From Dehalococcoidia bacterium (GTDB lineage: Bacteria; Chloroflexota; Dehalococcoidia; Lucifugimonadales; JAGWBF01), in assembly GCA_965247295.1 (NCBI GenBank), contig CBDFGQ010000006.1:483527-547526 (forward strand): a stretch of DNA of 64,000 bases, given 5' to 3'. The notes below the pieces were generated by a model. The model did not search any database. It saw only the letters and a program-made list of their open reading frames with translations, and was not told the origin of the DNA. Position numbers and translations under genes: made by a program. Of this stretch, positions 28,999 through 38,512 are shown piece by piece (the stretch's first letter is position 1; every line of letters starts with the position of its first letter).

Positions 28999-29926
28999 TC
29001 TTACCCCACGAACCCGCCTCGGCGCCTGTAGGTAGGGTACCGTCCACAGGCGTAGAGCCGGCCCGTACTGTAGAACAGACGCGCCCCCAATCGTCGAGGC
29101 TCAGGCTCTCGGCACGGCACTTCGGGTCCACCTCAGCCTGGGCCAGAAGACGTTCCGCGCCCTCTGCAGGGATATTCAGGCCCAGGCTGAGGGAGTTGCG
29201 TAGCTGTTTCCTTGGCGCGGAGTAACCAGCCCTTACCACATCGAAGAACCCCTGCACGTCCTCAACCTCGATGGCAGGACGCCTGCGGACGTCAATCCTC
29301 ACAACCGAGGAAGTGACTTTGGGGGGAGGGAAAAAAGCGGAAGGCGGCACATCGCATACTATACGTGGGACACCATATAGCTGGATTGCTATGGCTAAGA
29401 GGCTCATCCGGCCCTCCGCTGCCACCATGCTGTTGGCAACCTCCCGCTGGAGCATTACCACCATTAGGGATGGCCTGTGCCCCTCGGCCTCCAGGAACCG
29501 CCTCAATATCGGGTTTGCGGCGTAGTAGGGAAGGTTGGCCACTACCTTGTATTGCTCCGTCCCGGCCAGGACCTGGGCAAGGTCCACCCGGCGCGCGTCG
29601 GCGTTGATGGTCGTGAGGTTGGGAGGATGGCCCAGCCTCTGGGGAAGGGAGGCAGCCAGGTTGGGGTCCACCTCGATGGCGATGACCCTGTTCACCCTCT
29701 GGACAAGCTGGCGGGTCAGGGCACCCGGTCCGGGGCCAACTTCTACGACGGTGTCGTCGGGGTCAAGCTCCGATGCCGAGACGATGCTCTGGAGGATGTC
29801 TCGGTCCACCAGATAATACTGCCCCAGCGCCTTCCGGGGGGGGTGGGAGCGTCGAGCTTTCGGGGCCTGGCTAGCTTTGGCGAGGGTCGGGGTACGGGAC
29901 TTTCTCATCATAGGGACTATGTTCAA
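28970..29926 (-). CDS. rsmA: 16S rRNA (adenine1518/1519-N6)-dimethyltransferase
   Basis: LGQYYLVD, VVEVGPGPGALT SAM motif, NLPYY motif. Confidence 0.9.
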   Translation of the reverse strand: MNIVPMMRKSRTPTLAKASQAPKARRSHPPRKALGQYYLVDRDILQSIVSASELDPDDTVVEVGPGPGALTRQLVQRVNRVIAIEVDPNLAASLPQRLGHPPNLTTINADARRVDLAQVLAGTEQYKVVANLPYYAANPILRRFLEAEGHRPSLMVVMLQREVANSMVAAEGRMSLLAIAIQLYGVPRIVCDVPPSAFFPPPKVTSSVVRIDVRRRPAIEVEDVQGFFDVVRAGYSAPRKQLRNSLSLGLNIPAEGAERLLAQAEVDPKCRAESLSLDDWGRVCSTVRAGSTPVDGTLPTGAEAGSWGKSGAGPSRGS

Positions 29927-29949
29927 CTCTTAAGGCCGTGCACCTCACT

Positions 29950-30087
29950 TCGACCAAGACCCTTGAGCGTGTCCTGGAGAACAGCTCCGGCCAGGTGTAC
30001 CCTCGGCACCCGAAGGGCTCTGCTTACCGTTGCTTCCTTCCGGACCTGGCGGAGTTCACAGGCCTCCGTCGCGAGGGACCCAGCCTT
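29950..30087 (-). ncRNA. ffs: Signal recognition particle RNA (4.5S-type); ends approximate
   Basis: The minus strand reads GCCAGGUCC-GGAA-GGAAGCAACGG, nearly identical to the E. coli 4.5S domain IV (CAGGUCCGGAAGGAAGCAGCC). Downstream is GUGCCGAGGGUACACCUGGC. The closing helix pairs 30074-30085 with 29952-29963. Confidence 0.75.
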
Positions 30088-30119
30088 CATTACCACCCTC
30101 CAAGGATAGAGGCACACAG

Positions 30120-30534
30120 GCCAGGCCTCGGTGAGGGGTTCAACCCCGCTATAGCGGATTGCGGGTACAAGGCACCGCTAGCTCCCCGTCTAGCACGGCC
30201 TCAACTACAATGGTATGGCAGCCAGGTGGGGCTGTCAAATGGTCCGGCAGGGCAGTTACCCGGTTACGCTCTCCCTTAAGCGATTCCCATCATCCGGCTC
30301 AATCCCACACATAAGAAATTTATGGGCGAACTTGGCCATTTCCAAACTACCTCTGAATGGAAGGCTCTGTATAGGCAGAGGCAGGCGGTGGAAAGGGTAT
30401 TCAGCCGCCTCAAGGGGCAGCTCTCCTTGAATCACAACACGGTGCGACGGCGACTTAAGGTTACGGCTCATTGTTACTTGGCCCTGATTGCGATGCAGGC
30501 CATCCTGGTTGATGCTTATTATCGGGTTTCGTAA
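30120..30534 (+). pseudogene. Degenerate DDE transposase remnant (IS4/IS5-superfamily-like C-terminus, multiple frameshifts)
   Basis: The last 70 aa (YRQRQAVERVFSRLKGQL...VTAHCYLALIAMQA) look like a DDE transposase C-terminus. Upstream similarity (IADCGYKAP) sits in another frame. Confidence 0.5.
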
Positions 30535-30713
30535 CACACAACTTCCATAACGACGACTTGACAGAGTGCCCTAGCTCGGGTTTAATCGGCTTAGCCGACT
30601 CAGGCGATTAACCCGACTTCGGTATAGTTTGCATTTCGTCGCAGATGCGTGGTATCGTGCCTTAAATAGATTATAATCTTTGTGAACCACCCCAGTCGCT
30701 TCGGGGGCTGGGA

Positions 30714-30743
30714 GGAAAGACCACCTGCAAAGGTGGTCTTTCC
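30714..30743 (+). other. Perfect 12-bp stem hairpin just upstream of the NYN gene
   Basis: ggaaagaccacc-tgcaaa-ggtggtctttcc, ending 18 nt before the ATG at 30762. Confidence 0.3.
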
Positions 30744-30761
30744 ATATATGTAAGGGTCTAT

Positions 30762-31352
30762 ATGAGCACGAATATCTACATAGATGGCTTCAACCTGTAT
30801 AACGGGCGCGTCAAAGGGACTCCCTACAAGTGGCTCGACCTGCATGCAATGTGTCAGATGTTGTTGCCAAACCATGAGATAAACCGCATTCGATATTTTA
30901 CCGCCCACCTGATGGGCTACGAACATGACCCAGGAGCGCCACAGCGTCAAGATGTGTATCTGCGAGCACTTAGGACGTTGCCAACGGTTGAAGTTCATGA
31001 TCGTGCGTTTTTTACAGCCCATCCCGTATTGCTCCCGCAGTTCCCCCTCGCGTATCCCTATACCGAGCACCCCCGGCAGAAGCCACCGCAAATGGTTCAA
31101 GTGCAGCGGACAGAGGAAAAGCAGACAGATGTGAACATAGCGGTACAGTTGATGTTGGATTATTTCAACGGCGACGGCGATGAGTATGTAGTCATTTCCA
31201 ACGATGCTGACATGGTTCCCGCCATTGAGATAGTGCGAGACCGCTTTCACAGGACTATTACTGTGATTGTAGGGTGTCAGCGCAATTGGACACTATTGAG
31301 GCCTAGAAAACCGAGGAGGTTGGGGGTGGTAGAGGCTCCTTCAGAGGGGTAG
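30762..31352 (+). CDS. NYN/LabA-like (PIN-related) domain protein; native C-terminus replaced by IS-derived codons after 31267
   Basis: N-terminal IYIDGFNLY and the later EKQTDVNIAV...VVISNDADMVPAI acidic motifs are typical of NYN domains. The reading frame runs into the IS left end at 31268. Confidence 0.65.
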   Translation: MSTNIYIDGFNLYNGRVKGTPYKWLDLHAMCQMLLPNHEINRIRYFTAHLMGYEHDPGAPQRQDVYLRALRTLPTVEVHDRAFFTAHPVLLPQFPLAYPYTEHPRQKPPQMVQVQRTEEKQTDVNIAVQLMLDYFNGDGDEYVVISNDADMVPAIEIVRDRFHRTITVIVGCQRNWTLLRPRKPRRLGVVEAPSEG

Positions 31353-31379
31353 ATTAACCCTAAGTGAAAGGAGTCATCG

Positions 31380-31781
31380 ATGACCCAGGTAGAGGATCAG
31401 GCCAGTCAAGCTGAGGAGCGAAGCCAGGAGACACGAAGCTTCGTGCGTCAGGTCCGTGCAGCGACCCGCCGTAAGTATACCCCTGAAGAGAAGATTCGCA
31501 TCGTCTTGGAGGGGTTCAGACGGGAGACTACCGTTAATGACCTGTGCCGACGGGAAGGAATCAAACCCCACTCCTACTACGCCTGGACCAAGGGGTTCAT
31601 GGAAGCTGGGAAGGAGAGGTTGACTCGGGACAGTGTGCGTGATGCGACCCGGCAAGAGATAGAGCAGCTCAAGCGGGAGAACAGTGAACTGAAGCAGCTG
31701 GTGGGTGAGTTGTCCCTGGAGTTGCACCGCTTCAAAAAAACAGCTCTGCCGCCCCTACACGACAACGGCACCGGCGCATGA
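31380..31781 (+). CDS. IS3-family transposase OrfA (HTH)
   Basis: Typical IS3 OrfA with leucine-zipper-like end. The A7 run allows a -1 frameshift into orfB. Confidence 0.85.
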   Translation: MTQVEDQASQAEERSQETRSFVRQVRAATRRKYTPEEKIRIVLEGFRRETTVNDLCRREGIKPHSYYAWTKGFMEAGKERLTRDSVRDATRQEIEQLKRENSELKQLVGELSLELHRFKKTALPPLHDNGTGA

Positions 31782-32797
31782 GCGTAGTGGAACAATCGAA
31801 GGTCGTGGCTGAGGTGGAGCGACATGGTAGAGGGAAGAACAGGCGACTCAGGGAGCTTGGCATTTCCAGGAGCACGTATTATTGGTGGAGGTGGAGGCAC
31901 CGGCAGGGTAGTTGGGAGGGTACGGAAGGAACTGAGAGGCCCTGGAATCGCCTGCGTCCAGAAGAGGAGGCAGTAGTGCTGGCGGCAGCCCGTGAGATGC
32001 CGACCTGGCGAAGCCGGCAGTTGGCGGCTTGGCTCACCGACCACAGAGGCCTATCGGTCTCCGCCTCCACAGTCTATCGTATCCTGAGACGGGAGGGTCT
32101 GGTGAAACGGATCGAATACCAGTTGGCAGCGGGCAAAGAGTACCAGCACAAGACCACAGGGCCCCACCAGCTGTGGGCCACCGATGCCTCCTACTTCCGT
32201 GTAGTGGGATGGGGCTACTACTACCTCGTGACGGTGATGGACGACTACTCCCGGTTCATCTTGGCCTGGAAGGTGCAACGGGACATGACGGTCGACTCCC
32301 TCATAGAGGTGGTCCAGGAAGCTGTTGACTCTACTGGTATGACTGATGTACCTCTGGAGGATCGGACCAAGCTCCTCTCAGATAATGGCCCAGGTTATGT
32401 ATCGCGGGCCTTCCGCGAGTACATGCGGGTGGTGGGCATTCGCCACGTCCTGGCAGCACCCTATCACCCTCAGACCAACGGGAAGCTGGAGAGATATCAC
32501 CGAACCCTCAAAGACGACATTAACCAGGTGCCATACGAGGTGGTGGAAGACCTGGAGGCGGCCATCCGGGACTTCGTCGAGTTCTACAACTACCGAAGAT
32601 ATCATCAGGCGCTCAGGGTTGTAACTCCGGCTGACGTGCTGGAAGGCCGTCTGGAGGCAATTCTAGCCCAGAGGAAGGAGGTACAGCGAGAGACTTTTGA
32701 CCGGCGGAGGCGGTACAATCAGGAGGTCAGAGAAACCCTCAAACCAGGAGCTTCTTCACCCCAATCTCTCGGACCCAGAACTGTCCAAAACCGCTGA
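31778..32797 (+). CDS. IS3-family transposase OrfB (rve integrase core, DDE)
   Basis: LWATDASYF...VMDDYSR...LSDNGPGY...HPQTNGKLERYH motifs of the DD(35)E integrase core. Confidence 0.85.
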   Translation: MSVVEQSKVVAEVERHGRGKNRRLRELGISRSTYYWWRWRHRQGSWEGTEGTERPWNRLRPEEEAVVLAAAREMPTWRSRQLAAWLTDHRGLSVSASTVYRILRREGLVKRIEYQLAAGKEYQHKTTGPHQLWATDASYFRVVGWGYYYLVTVMDDYSRFILAWKVQRDMTVDSLIEVVQEAVDSTGMTDVPLEDRTKLLSDNGPGYVSRAFREYMRVVGIRHVLAAPYHPQTNGKLERYHRTLKDDINQVPYEVVEDLEAAIRDFVEFYNYRRYHQALRVVTPADVLEGRLEAILAQRKEVQRETFDRRRRYNQEVRETLKPGASSPQSLGPRTVQNR

Positions 32798-32806
32798 CAC
32801 CCAACA

Positions 32807-33945
32807 ATCGAGAGCGTAGACGAGTTCTACTCGGGGAATCTTGTGCAGGAGGTTACTAGGGGAATGCGGGAGGCGGTTTCGAGAGGTTTCTTCCTCGGCT
32901 CCAAGGCTCCCTTCGGCTACAAACGAGTCAAGGTCAGCGACGGAGCCAAGGAGCGCCCCACCCTGGAGGTTGACCCTGCCACCGCTCCAATAGTAAAGGA
33001 AATCTTCGAGAGCTCGCTAAGGGGCAACGGCCTCAAGGAGATATGCAAAGAGCTAAACGACCGGGGCATCACCAACAGGGGCAAACGCTGGTACAAGGGC
33101 GGACTTCACTACCTGCTGACCAACGAAGCCTACACCGGAACCGCAGTCTGGGGCAGAACCGGCAAGGGAGAGAAGTCCCAGGACCCCGTGCGGGTCGAGG
33201 GAACGTGGCTGGCCCTGGTGTCCAGAGAGCTGTTCGATGCTGTGCAGGAGGCAACGCGGGACCGAGCACCGAAGGTGCGAAGACCCGCGAGAGTGGGGAG
33301 CAGGTTCCTGCTGAGCGGACTGCTGAAGTGTGGAGTGTGCGGCAGGCCCTACTCCGGCCAGGGGGCCAAGAGCGGGCAGTACGGCTACTACATCTGCGGC
33401 ACGCTGTTCGGGGAAGGTGCAGGGACGTGCAGCGCCCGCTACCTGAACGCTCCCAGGGCAGAGGAGTTCTTCGTCGAGAATATCAGGGAGCGGATTCTGA
33501 CCGAGGAGACCATCGTTGAGCTGGTGAAGCTGGTGGCCGAGGAGATAGACGCGATGGCCGGTGAGCTTGCCGGCAGGCTGGAGGTCATCGCGGCCGAGCT
33601 ATTGGACGTGAGGAAGAGACTTGAGAGACTCTACGAGGCCCTTGAGACCAGCGAGCTGACGTTGGAGGTCCTGTCGCCCCGCATCCTCTCGCTGAGGCAC
33701 CGCGAGGAACAGCTTGAGGCTGCGAGAGAGGACGCCATCGCTCAGTTGGAGCAGCGCAGGGTGGAGCTTCCCACCACAGAGGAGATCAAGGGGTACGTGG
33801 CAAACTTCCGGGAGTTCTTGCAGGAAGGGACGTTCCCTGAGCACAAGGCCTCATCCGCAACTTCGTGGAGGGTATCGAGGTGGTTGGAGACGAGGCTGTG
33901 CTGACCTACACTACACGGGTGCCCGGGACCAGGTCTATGATCTGA
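32807..33945 (+). pseudogene. Large serine recombinase remnant (catalytic N-terminal domain missing; frameshift near 33850)
   Basis: Begins in-frame right at the IS end with IESVDEFYSGNLVQEVTRGMRE, which matches residues in the middle of the intact recombinase at 54354-55985. One base is missing in aaggcc-tcatccgc relative to KALIRNF of the paralog. Confidence 0.8.
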
Positions 33946-34056
33946 CGACATGCCTCGAAACCGCCGATATCAGGCAGACTCACGCTCAGCAGAACAACTT
34001 TGGGCTTGAGTCGCTTGACCTGCGCAATTGCCTCCGCACCGGTCTCCTGAGGGCCG

Positions 34057-35934
34057 TTACGAACCCGATGGAGCAACGAACGCGTAGATGCCGCTGTCCA
34101 AGGAGCCTACATACACCACGCCACCGGCAACAGTGTATGCTCGGATACCGGAGAAATAGCCTTTATGGAAGCTCCAGACCACCTCTCTTGTGGCGGAATC
34201 CAGGGCACGTAGGATGCCGTCGCTGGACTCAGCGTATAGGACTCCATCGACCACCATAGGGGAGGACACCATCCAGTCTCCCGTCTCAAGGCTCCAGACC
34301 ACCTCCCCGGTTGCAGTGTCCAGGGCATAGAAGCTGCCGGAGTCCGTCCCTGTATACACCATGCCTCCATCTACAAGGGGCATAGTGCTGATCATACTGT
34401 CCGCCTCGTAAGACCAGAGAGGCTGTCCTGATCCAGCGTCCAGGGCGTACAAGAAGTTATCCGGCGAGAAGTAGTACACGTCGCCCGCTATTACAGCGGC
34501 GAAGTCCCTGGCGGGGAACCTGTCTGTTCCATAGCTCCACACCACCGCACCCGTCGACTCATCCAGTGCGTAGGCAGTATTGACAGCCGTCAGGTACACA
34601 ACGCCTTCGATGACCGTGGGTGGGAATTCAGCGCGGACCCCCTGCAAGCTCCAGGCCAAGGCTCCGGTCTCCGCGTCCAAGACGTTGTATTCGCCGAATT
34701 CTCCTGGCACGTAGACCTTGTCGCCTACAACCGTGGGGGTAAACTCAGGACTGAAGGGATAGGGCATCTCGGCGATCCACAGAACATGCCCGGTAAGTCC
34801 GTCTAGAGCGTGAATCTTGTGATCAAACTCCGACACGGCCCCTAGGTAGACGACGCCGCCCTTCACCGTCGGCGAGTACTGCACCCAGTCGGCAGTGTCG
34901 TGACTCCACAGCAAGTCCCCTGTGGACGCATCCAGAGCATATACGTGGTTGTCGTTGGACCCTACATAAACGATATCGTTGGCCACGGTTGGGGCCGACC
35001 TTATGACGCCGCCAGTCTCGAAGCCCCACAGCAGTGCTCCGGTCTCCGCATCAAGGGCATATATGTGGTCGTCGTTGGAACCGGCGTATACGACGCCGTT
35101 GGCCACAGTGGGCGATACAACCACCCAGCCTTCTGTGTGGAAACTCCAGAGCAGGGACTCAATATCAGACGGAGGGAGACCCGCACCAGGTCCGGAACCT
35201 CCCGAAAGGAGCTGTTCTGGAACACAAGCCAAGAGGCCGAGCGTGAATTCAAGAGCACTTGCAGCGCTGTCAGGATCGGCATCAGGGCTGGTCGAGGCAA
35301 CGATCTCGGCCACGTCAACGCCAGACAGCAGCTCTCGTAGGCAGTCTTTGGCCTCTTCGTTCACTTCCCCCATCCTCGCAAGAATAGAGGAGAGGAATAG
35401 TCCAGCGGCTGTTTCCGGTGTAAGGCAACCAAACATTGACACTTCCCATTGCTCTGTCTCGCCCTGGGACATGGCACGCTGACCGAGCACCGACTCCAGT
35501 AGCTCGTCTCCCAGATCGTTCCGGATGCAAGACTGCTCGGTCGTGGCGAGCATATCGAACACATCCCGCCAGAGGGTTTCCAGATCGATTTCAAAATCAC
35601 GTATGCCCGAAGGGTTGATCTGCTCTGGCGTTGGTGTAGAGGCCCTTGCCGTTGTGGGAGTCGGTTCGGGGGTTGGCGTAGGCGTAGGTTCAGGCGTATC
35701 TGTTGGTTCCGGCATTGGTGTGGAAGTTGGAGTGAGCGTAGCTGTTGGCTCTAGCGTTGGAGTGGCCGCCGGTTGCTCCCCATTGTCACATGCTGACAGG
35801 GCAGTAACTCCTAGCAGACACAGCAGGCCGATCCATGTCATCCTCTGGACGATCTTGCGGGCGTTGATCGGCGCCCGCTTCGGCTGCTGGATGGGGATGC
35901 CCCCTCCAGTGGCGAACATCGCCAAGCTGGACAT
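34057..35934 (-). CDS. PQQ-like beta-propeller repeat lipoprotein with Pro/Thr-rich linker (start uncertain)
   Basis: Lipobox LLGVTALSAC, PT-rich tract (TPTLEPTATLTPTSTPMPEPTDTPEPTPTPTPEPTPT). Repeated VVxGxVYxGSxDxxxYALDxxTGxxxW blades. Confidence 0.7.
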   Translation of the reverse strand: MSSLAMFATGGGIPIQQPKRAPINARKIVQRMTWIGLLCLLGVTALSACDNGEQPAATPTLEPTATLTPTSTPMPEPTDTPEPTPTPTPEPTPTTARASTPTPEQINPSGIRDFEIDLETLWRDVFDMLATTEQSCIRNDLGDELLESVLGQRAMSQGETEQWEVSMFGCLTPETAAGLFLSSILARMGEVNEEAKDCLRELLSGVDVAEIVASTSPDADPDSAASALEFTLGLLACVPEQLLSGGSGPGAGLPPSDIESLLWSFHTEGWVVVSPTVANGVVYAGSNDDHIYALDAETGALLWGFETGGVIRSAPTVANDIVYVGSNDNHVYALDASTGDLLWSHDTADWVQYSPTVKGGVVYLGAVSEFDHKIHALDGLTGHVLWIAEMPYPFSPEFTPTVVGDKVYVPGEFGEYNVLDAETGALAWSLQGVRAEFPPTVIEGVVYLTAVNTAYALDESTGAVVWSYGTDRFPARDFAAVIAGDVYYFSPDNFLYALDAGSGQPLWSYEADSMISTMPLVDGGMVYTGTDSGSFYALDTATGEVVWSLETGDWMVSSPMVVDGVLYAESSDGILRALDSATREVVWSFHKGYFSGIRAYTVAGGVVYVGSLDSGIYAFVAPSGS

Positions 35935-36504
35935 GCTGGCTCGGTTCTTTCGGAACCGCCAGCGCGGCACTAGCAGGCTGCGGAAAAAGGGCAAGGCGTA
36001 CAGACGTGGTGGGTGGAGCGTCAAGTAGTCCAACGATATCCGTCATATCATAGTTTGTTTAGAGCTATTGGTGCAGGAAGCGCAATGTGGCGTCGCTTAT
36101 CGTCGACCCGCTTTGAGTCCTGAGTAGACCTCAGAGTTTTTCAGCAGCCTGCTAGTATTCGAATCCATGATTGTCGGACGTATTTCATTCTCACTGCCAA
36201 TCGGGTCCGGGTATTGAGGCGATTGTCTCCAATTAGGGCCTACAGCGTCAACTTGGACCTCAGAGTAAAAGTTCTTGATTTTGTCCAGTTTGGTGGGCCT
36301 AAGTTGACGGTAGGCAGAACCATCTTTGAGATGCGGCTGGTGCTGTGAACCCACCCCAACCGCTTGATTGCCTACATGACAGGGTAGAAGGCTGAGATTC
36401 AACGCCGCACGACCGTAATAGCTCTACTGCCTTTCACGCCTCCTTGCCCTTCTTCACGACGGAACTGTCGAGGGTCGGACCTCCTCAGTAGTCCCTGACG
36501 ACTA

Positions 36505-36533
36505 TTGCAATCATATCATGCGGTTGCGATAAT
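36505..36533 (+). promoter_or_regulatory. Candidate sigma70-type promoter of the type I R-M operon
   Basis: TTGCAA, 17 nt, GATAAT, about 65 nt upstream of the XRE start. Followed by the imperfect palindrome ataatcg-aatagg-cgattcat. Confidence 0.4.
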
Positions 36534-36599
36534 CGAATAGGCGATTCATTCCATTGTCGTTGATGACCATCTCGGATGTGAACCACAAAGGAGCGGCTA

Positions 36600-36953
36600 A
36601 TGGCCAAGACAGCGAGGTTCGACGGCGACGCCTTCTTCGCCGCTTTGGACGCACAGAGGCAGGCCCGCCATTGCACTTGGAAGCAAGTGGCGGAGGAGTG
36701 CGGCATCAGCGCCTCCACTTTGAGCCGTATGTCCCAAGGCAAACACCCTGACGTGAACGGTCTCGCAGCCTTGGCGGCGTGGTCGGGGCTGGACGTAGAC
36801 CGATTCGTCAGGAGCGCCGCCGCCAAGAATAAGCCGGAGCCCCTCGCGGTGATCTCGTCCTGTCTCCGCTCCGACCCCCGCCTGAACGAGGAAGCCGCCG
36901 TTGCCCTTGACCAGATGGTCAAGGCAGCCTACAGGAGCCTGACGAACCAATGA
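36600..36953 (+). CDS. XRE-family helix-turn-helix protein, first gene of the R-M operon
   Basis: WKQVAEECGISASTLSRMSQGK HTH segment. SD AAGGAG. Stop overlaps the hsdM start (ATGA). Confidence 0.8.
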   Translation: MAKTARFDGDAFFAALDAQRQARHCTWKQVAEECGISASTLSRMSQGKHPDVNGLAALAAWSGLDVDRFVRSAAAKNKPEPLAVISSCLRSDPRLNEEAAVALDQMVKAAYRSLTNQ

Positions 36954-38512
36954 GCGCCCTGAACATCAGCAGCTTCATCTGGGGCATCGCCGACGACGTT
37001 CTGCGCGATGTCTACGTCCGGGGCAAGTACCGCGACGTCATTCTGCCCATGACCGTCATCCGCCGCCTTGATGCGGTTCTCGAACCGACCAAGGACGCTG
37101 TTCTCCGCATGAAGGCCCAGCTAGACGACGCAGGCATTACGAATCAGGATGCCGCCCTGCGCCAGGCCTCCGGCCAGGCCTTCTACAACACGTCGCCCTT
37201 CCGGCTCCGCGACCTTGCATCCCGCGGGCGGCAACAGCAGTTGCGGGCAGACTTCGAGGCATACCTCGACGGCTTCTCGCCCAACATCGAAGAGGTCCTG
37301 GAGAAGTTCAGGTTCCGCAACCAGATTCCCACGCTGGTGGATGCGGACGTGCTCGGCTTCCTGCTGGAAAAGTTCCTGGACAGCTCGATCAACCTCAGCC
37401 CCAAGCCCATCCTGAACGGAGACGACTCCGTGCGTCTGGACGGCCTAGACAACCACGGCATGGGTACGGTCTTCGAAGAACTCATACGCCGCTTCAATGA
37501 GGAGAACAACGAGGAAGCCGGGGAGCACTTTACCCCAAGGGACGTGGTGCAGCTCATGGCACGGCTTATCTTCCTGCCGGTTGCCGAAGAGGTCAGGTCC
37601 GGCACCTACCTGGTCTATGACGGCGCGTGCGGCACAGGCGGGATGCTGACGGTAGCGGAAGAGACGCTGACGCAGCTGGCCCGGGAACAAGGCAAGGAGG
37701 CGTCAGTCCACCTGTACGGCCAGGAGGTGAACCCCGAGACCTACGCCATCAGCAAGGCCGACCTCATCCTGAAGGGAGAAGGCGGCGAGGCAGACAACAT
37801 GCAATACGGCTCCACGCTCTCTGCCGACGCCTTCCCAGCCCGTGAGTTCGACTTCATGCTCTCCAATCCGCCTTACGGTAAGAGCTGGAAGAGCGACCTG
37901 GAACGCATGGGCGGAAAGTCCGACATCACGGACCCGCGCTTCGTTGTGGAGCACGGCGGCGACCTGGACTACTCCCTCATCACCCGCTCCAGCGACGGCC
38001 AGATGATGTTCCTGGCAAACATGCTGAGCAAGATGAAGCGGGACACCCCGATGGGCAGCCGCATCGCGGAGGTGCACAACGGCAGCTCCCTCTTCACCGG
38101 CGACGCCGGGCAGGGCGAGAGCAACATACGCCGCTGGATCATTGAGAACGACTGGCTGGAAGCCATTGTCGCCCTACCCCTCAACATGTTCTACAACACT
38201 GGCATCGCCACGTACATCTGGGTGCTCAGCAACCGCAAGCCGGAGCATCGCCGAGGCAAGGTGCAGCTCATCGACGCCACGCAGTGGTTCCGTCCACTGC
38301 GCAAGAACCTCGGCAGCAAGAACTGTGAGCTCTCCGACGACGACATCCAGCGCATCTGCGATGCTTTCCTTGCCTTCGAGGAGACGGAGCAGTCGATAGA
38401 AATTCCCAAACGAGGCCTTCGGATACTGGAAAGTGACCGTGGAGCGCCCGTTGCGGCTCACCGTCGCTCTATCACCGGACCATCGCCAGCGCTTCCGAGC
38501 CGCCTGCCGTGA
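36950..38512 (+). CDS. hsdM: Type I restriction-modification methyltransferase HsdM, N-terminal and catalytic part (frame lost near 38393-38400)
   Basis: HsdM N-terminal domain, SAM motif YDGACGTGGML, catalytic LSNPPYG. The tail after about 38395 is out-of-frame-looking sequence. Confidence 0.85.
   Translation: MSALNISSFIWGIADDVLRDVYVRGKYRDVILPMTVIRRLDAVLEPTKDAVLRMKAQLDDAGITNQDAALRQASGQAFYNTSPFRLRDLASRGRQQQLRADFEAYLDGFSPNIEEVLEKFRFRNQIPTLVDADVLGFLLEKFLDSSINLSPKPILNGDDSVRLDGLDNHGMGTVFEELIRRFNEENNEEAGEHFTPRDVVQLMARLIFLPVAEEVRSGTYLVYDGACGTGGMLTVAEETLTQLAREQGKEASVHLYGQEVNPETYAISKADLILKGEGGEADNMQYGSTLSADAFPAREFDFMLSNPPYGKSWKSDLERMGGKSDITDPRFVVEHGGDLDYSLITRSSDGQMMFLANMLSKMKRDTPMGSRIAEVHNGSSLFTGDAGQGESNIRRWIIENDWLEAIVALPLNMFYNTGIATYIWVLSNRKPEHRRGKVQLIDATQWFRPLRKNLGSKNCELSDDDIQRICDAFLAFEETEQSIEIPKRGLRILESDRGAPVAAHRRSITGPSPALPSRLP

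Larger units (their letters stand above)
31268..32806 (+). mobile_element. IS3-family insertion sequence, copy A (1539 bp)
   Basis: TG...CA termini with imperfect terminal inverted repeats (tgtagggtgtcagcg... / ...cgctgacacccaaca). orfA/orfB with an A7 slippery run at 31734-31740. Near-identical copy at 47310-48848. Confidence 0.85.

Noticed and set aside
30088-30130. I looked for a duplicated 3' segment of tRNA-Gln (att-like direct repeat of 52964-52990) at the far end of the island and elsewhere in the island.
   Set aside because: Only a weak resemblance (ccaccctcc) was seen near 30093, with no convincing repeat. The island boundaries therefore rest on gene content only.
29938-30279. 113-aa plus-strand ORF overlapping the region downstream of rsmA.
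   Set aside because: It overlaps the SRP RNA, whose conserved domain IV sequence is on the opposite strand, and a frameshifted transposase remnant. Its composition looks non-coding.
30662-30680. TATAAT hexamer at 30672-30677 as a promoter for the NYN gene.
   Set aside because: No acceptable -35 element lies at 16-18 nt spacing. A single hexamer in an AT-richer patch is not sufficient.
36097-36402. 101-aa minus-strand ORF in the AT-richer gap between the PQQ lipoprotein gene and the R-M operon.
   Set aside because: It has a non-ATG start, no SD and no recognisable motif. It may be a fragment of a decayed gene. Support is not enough to call a CDS.
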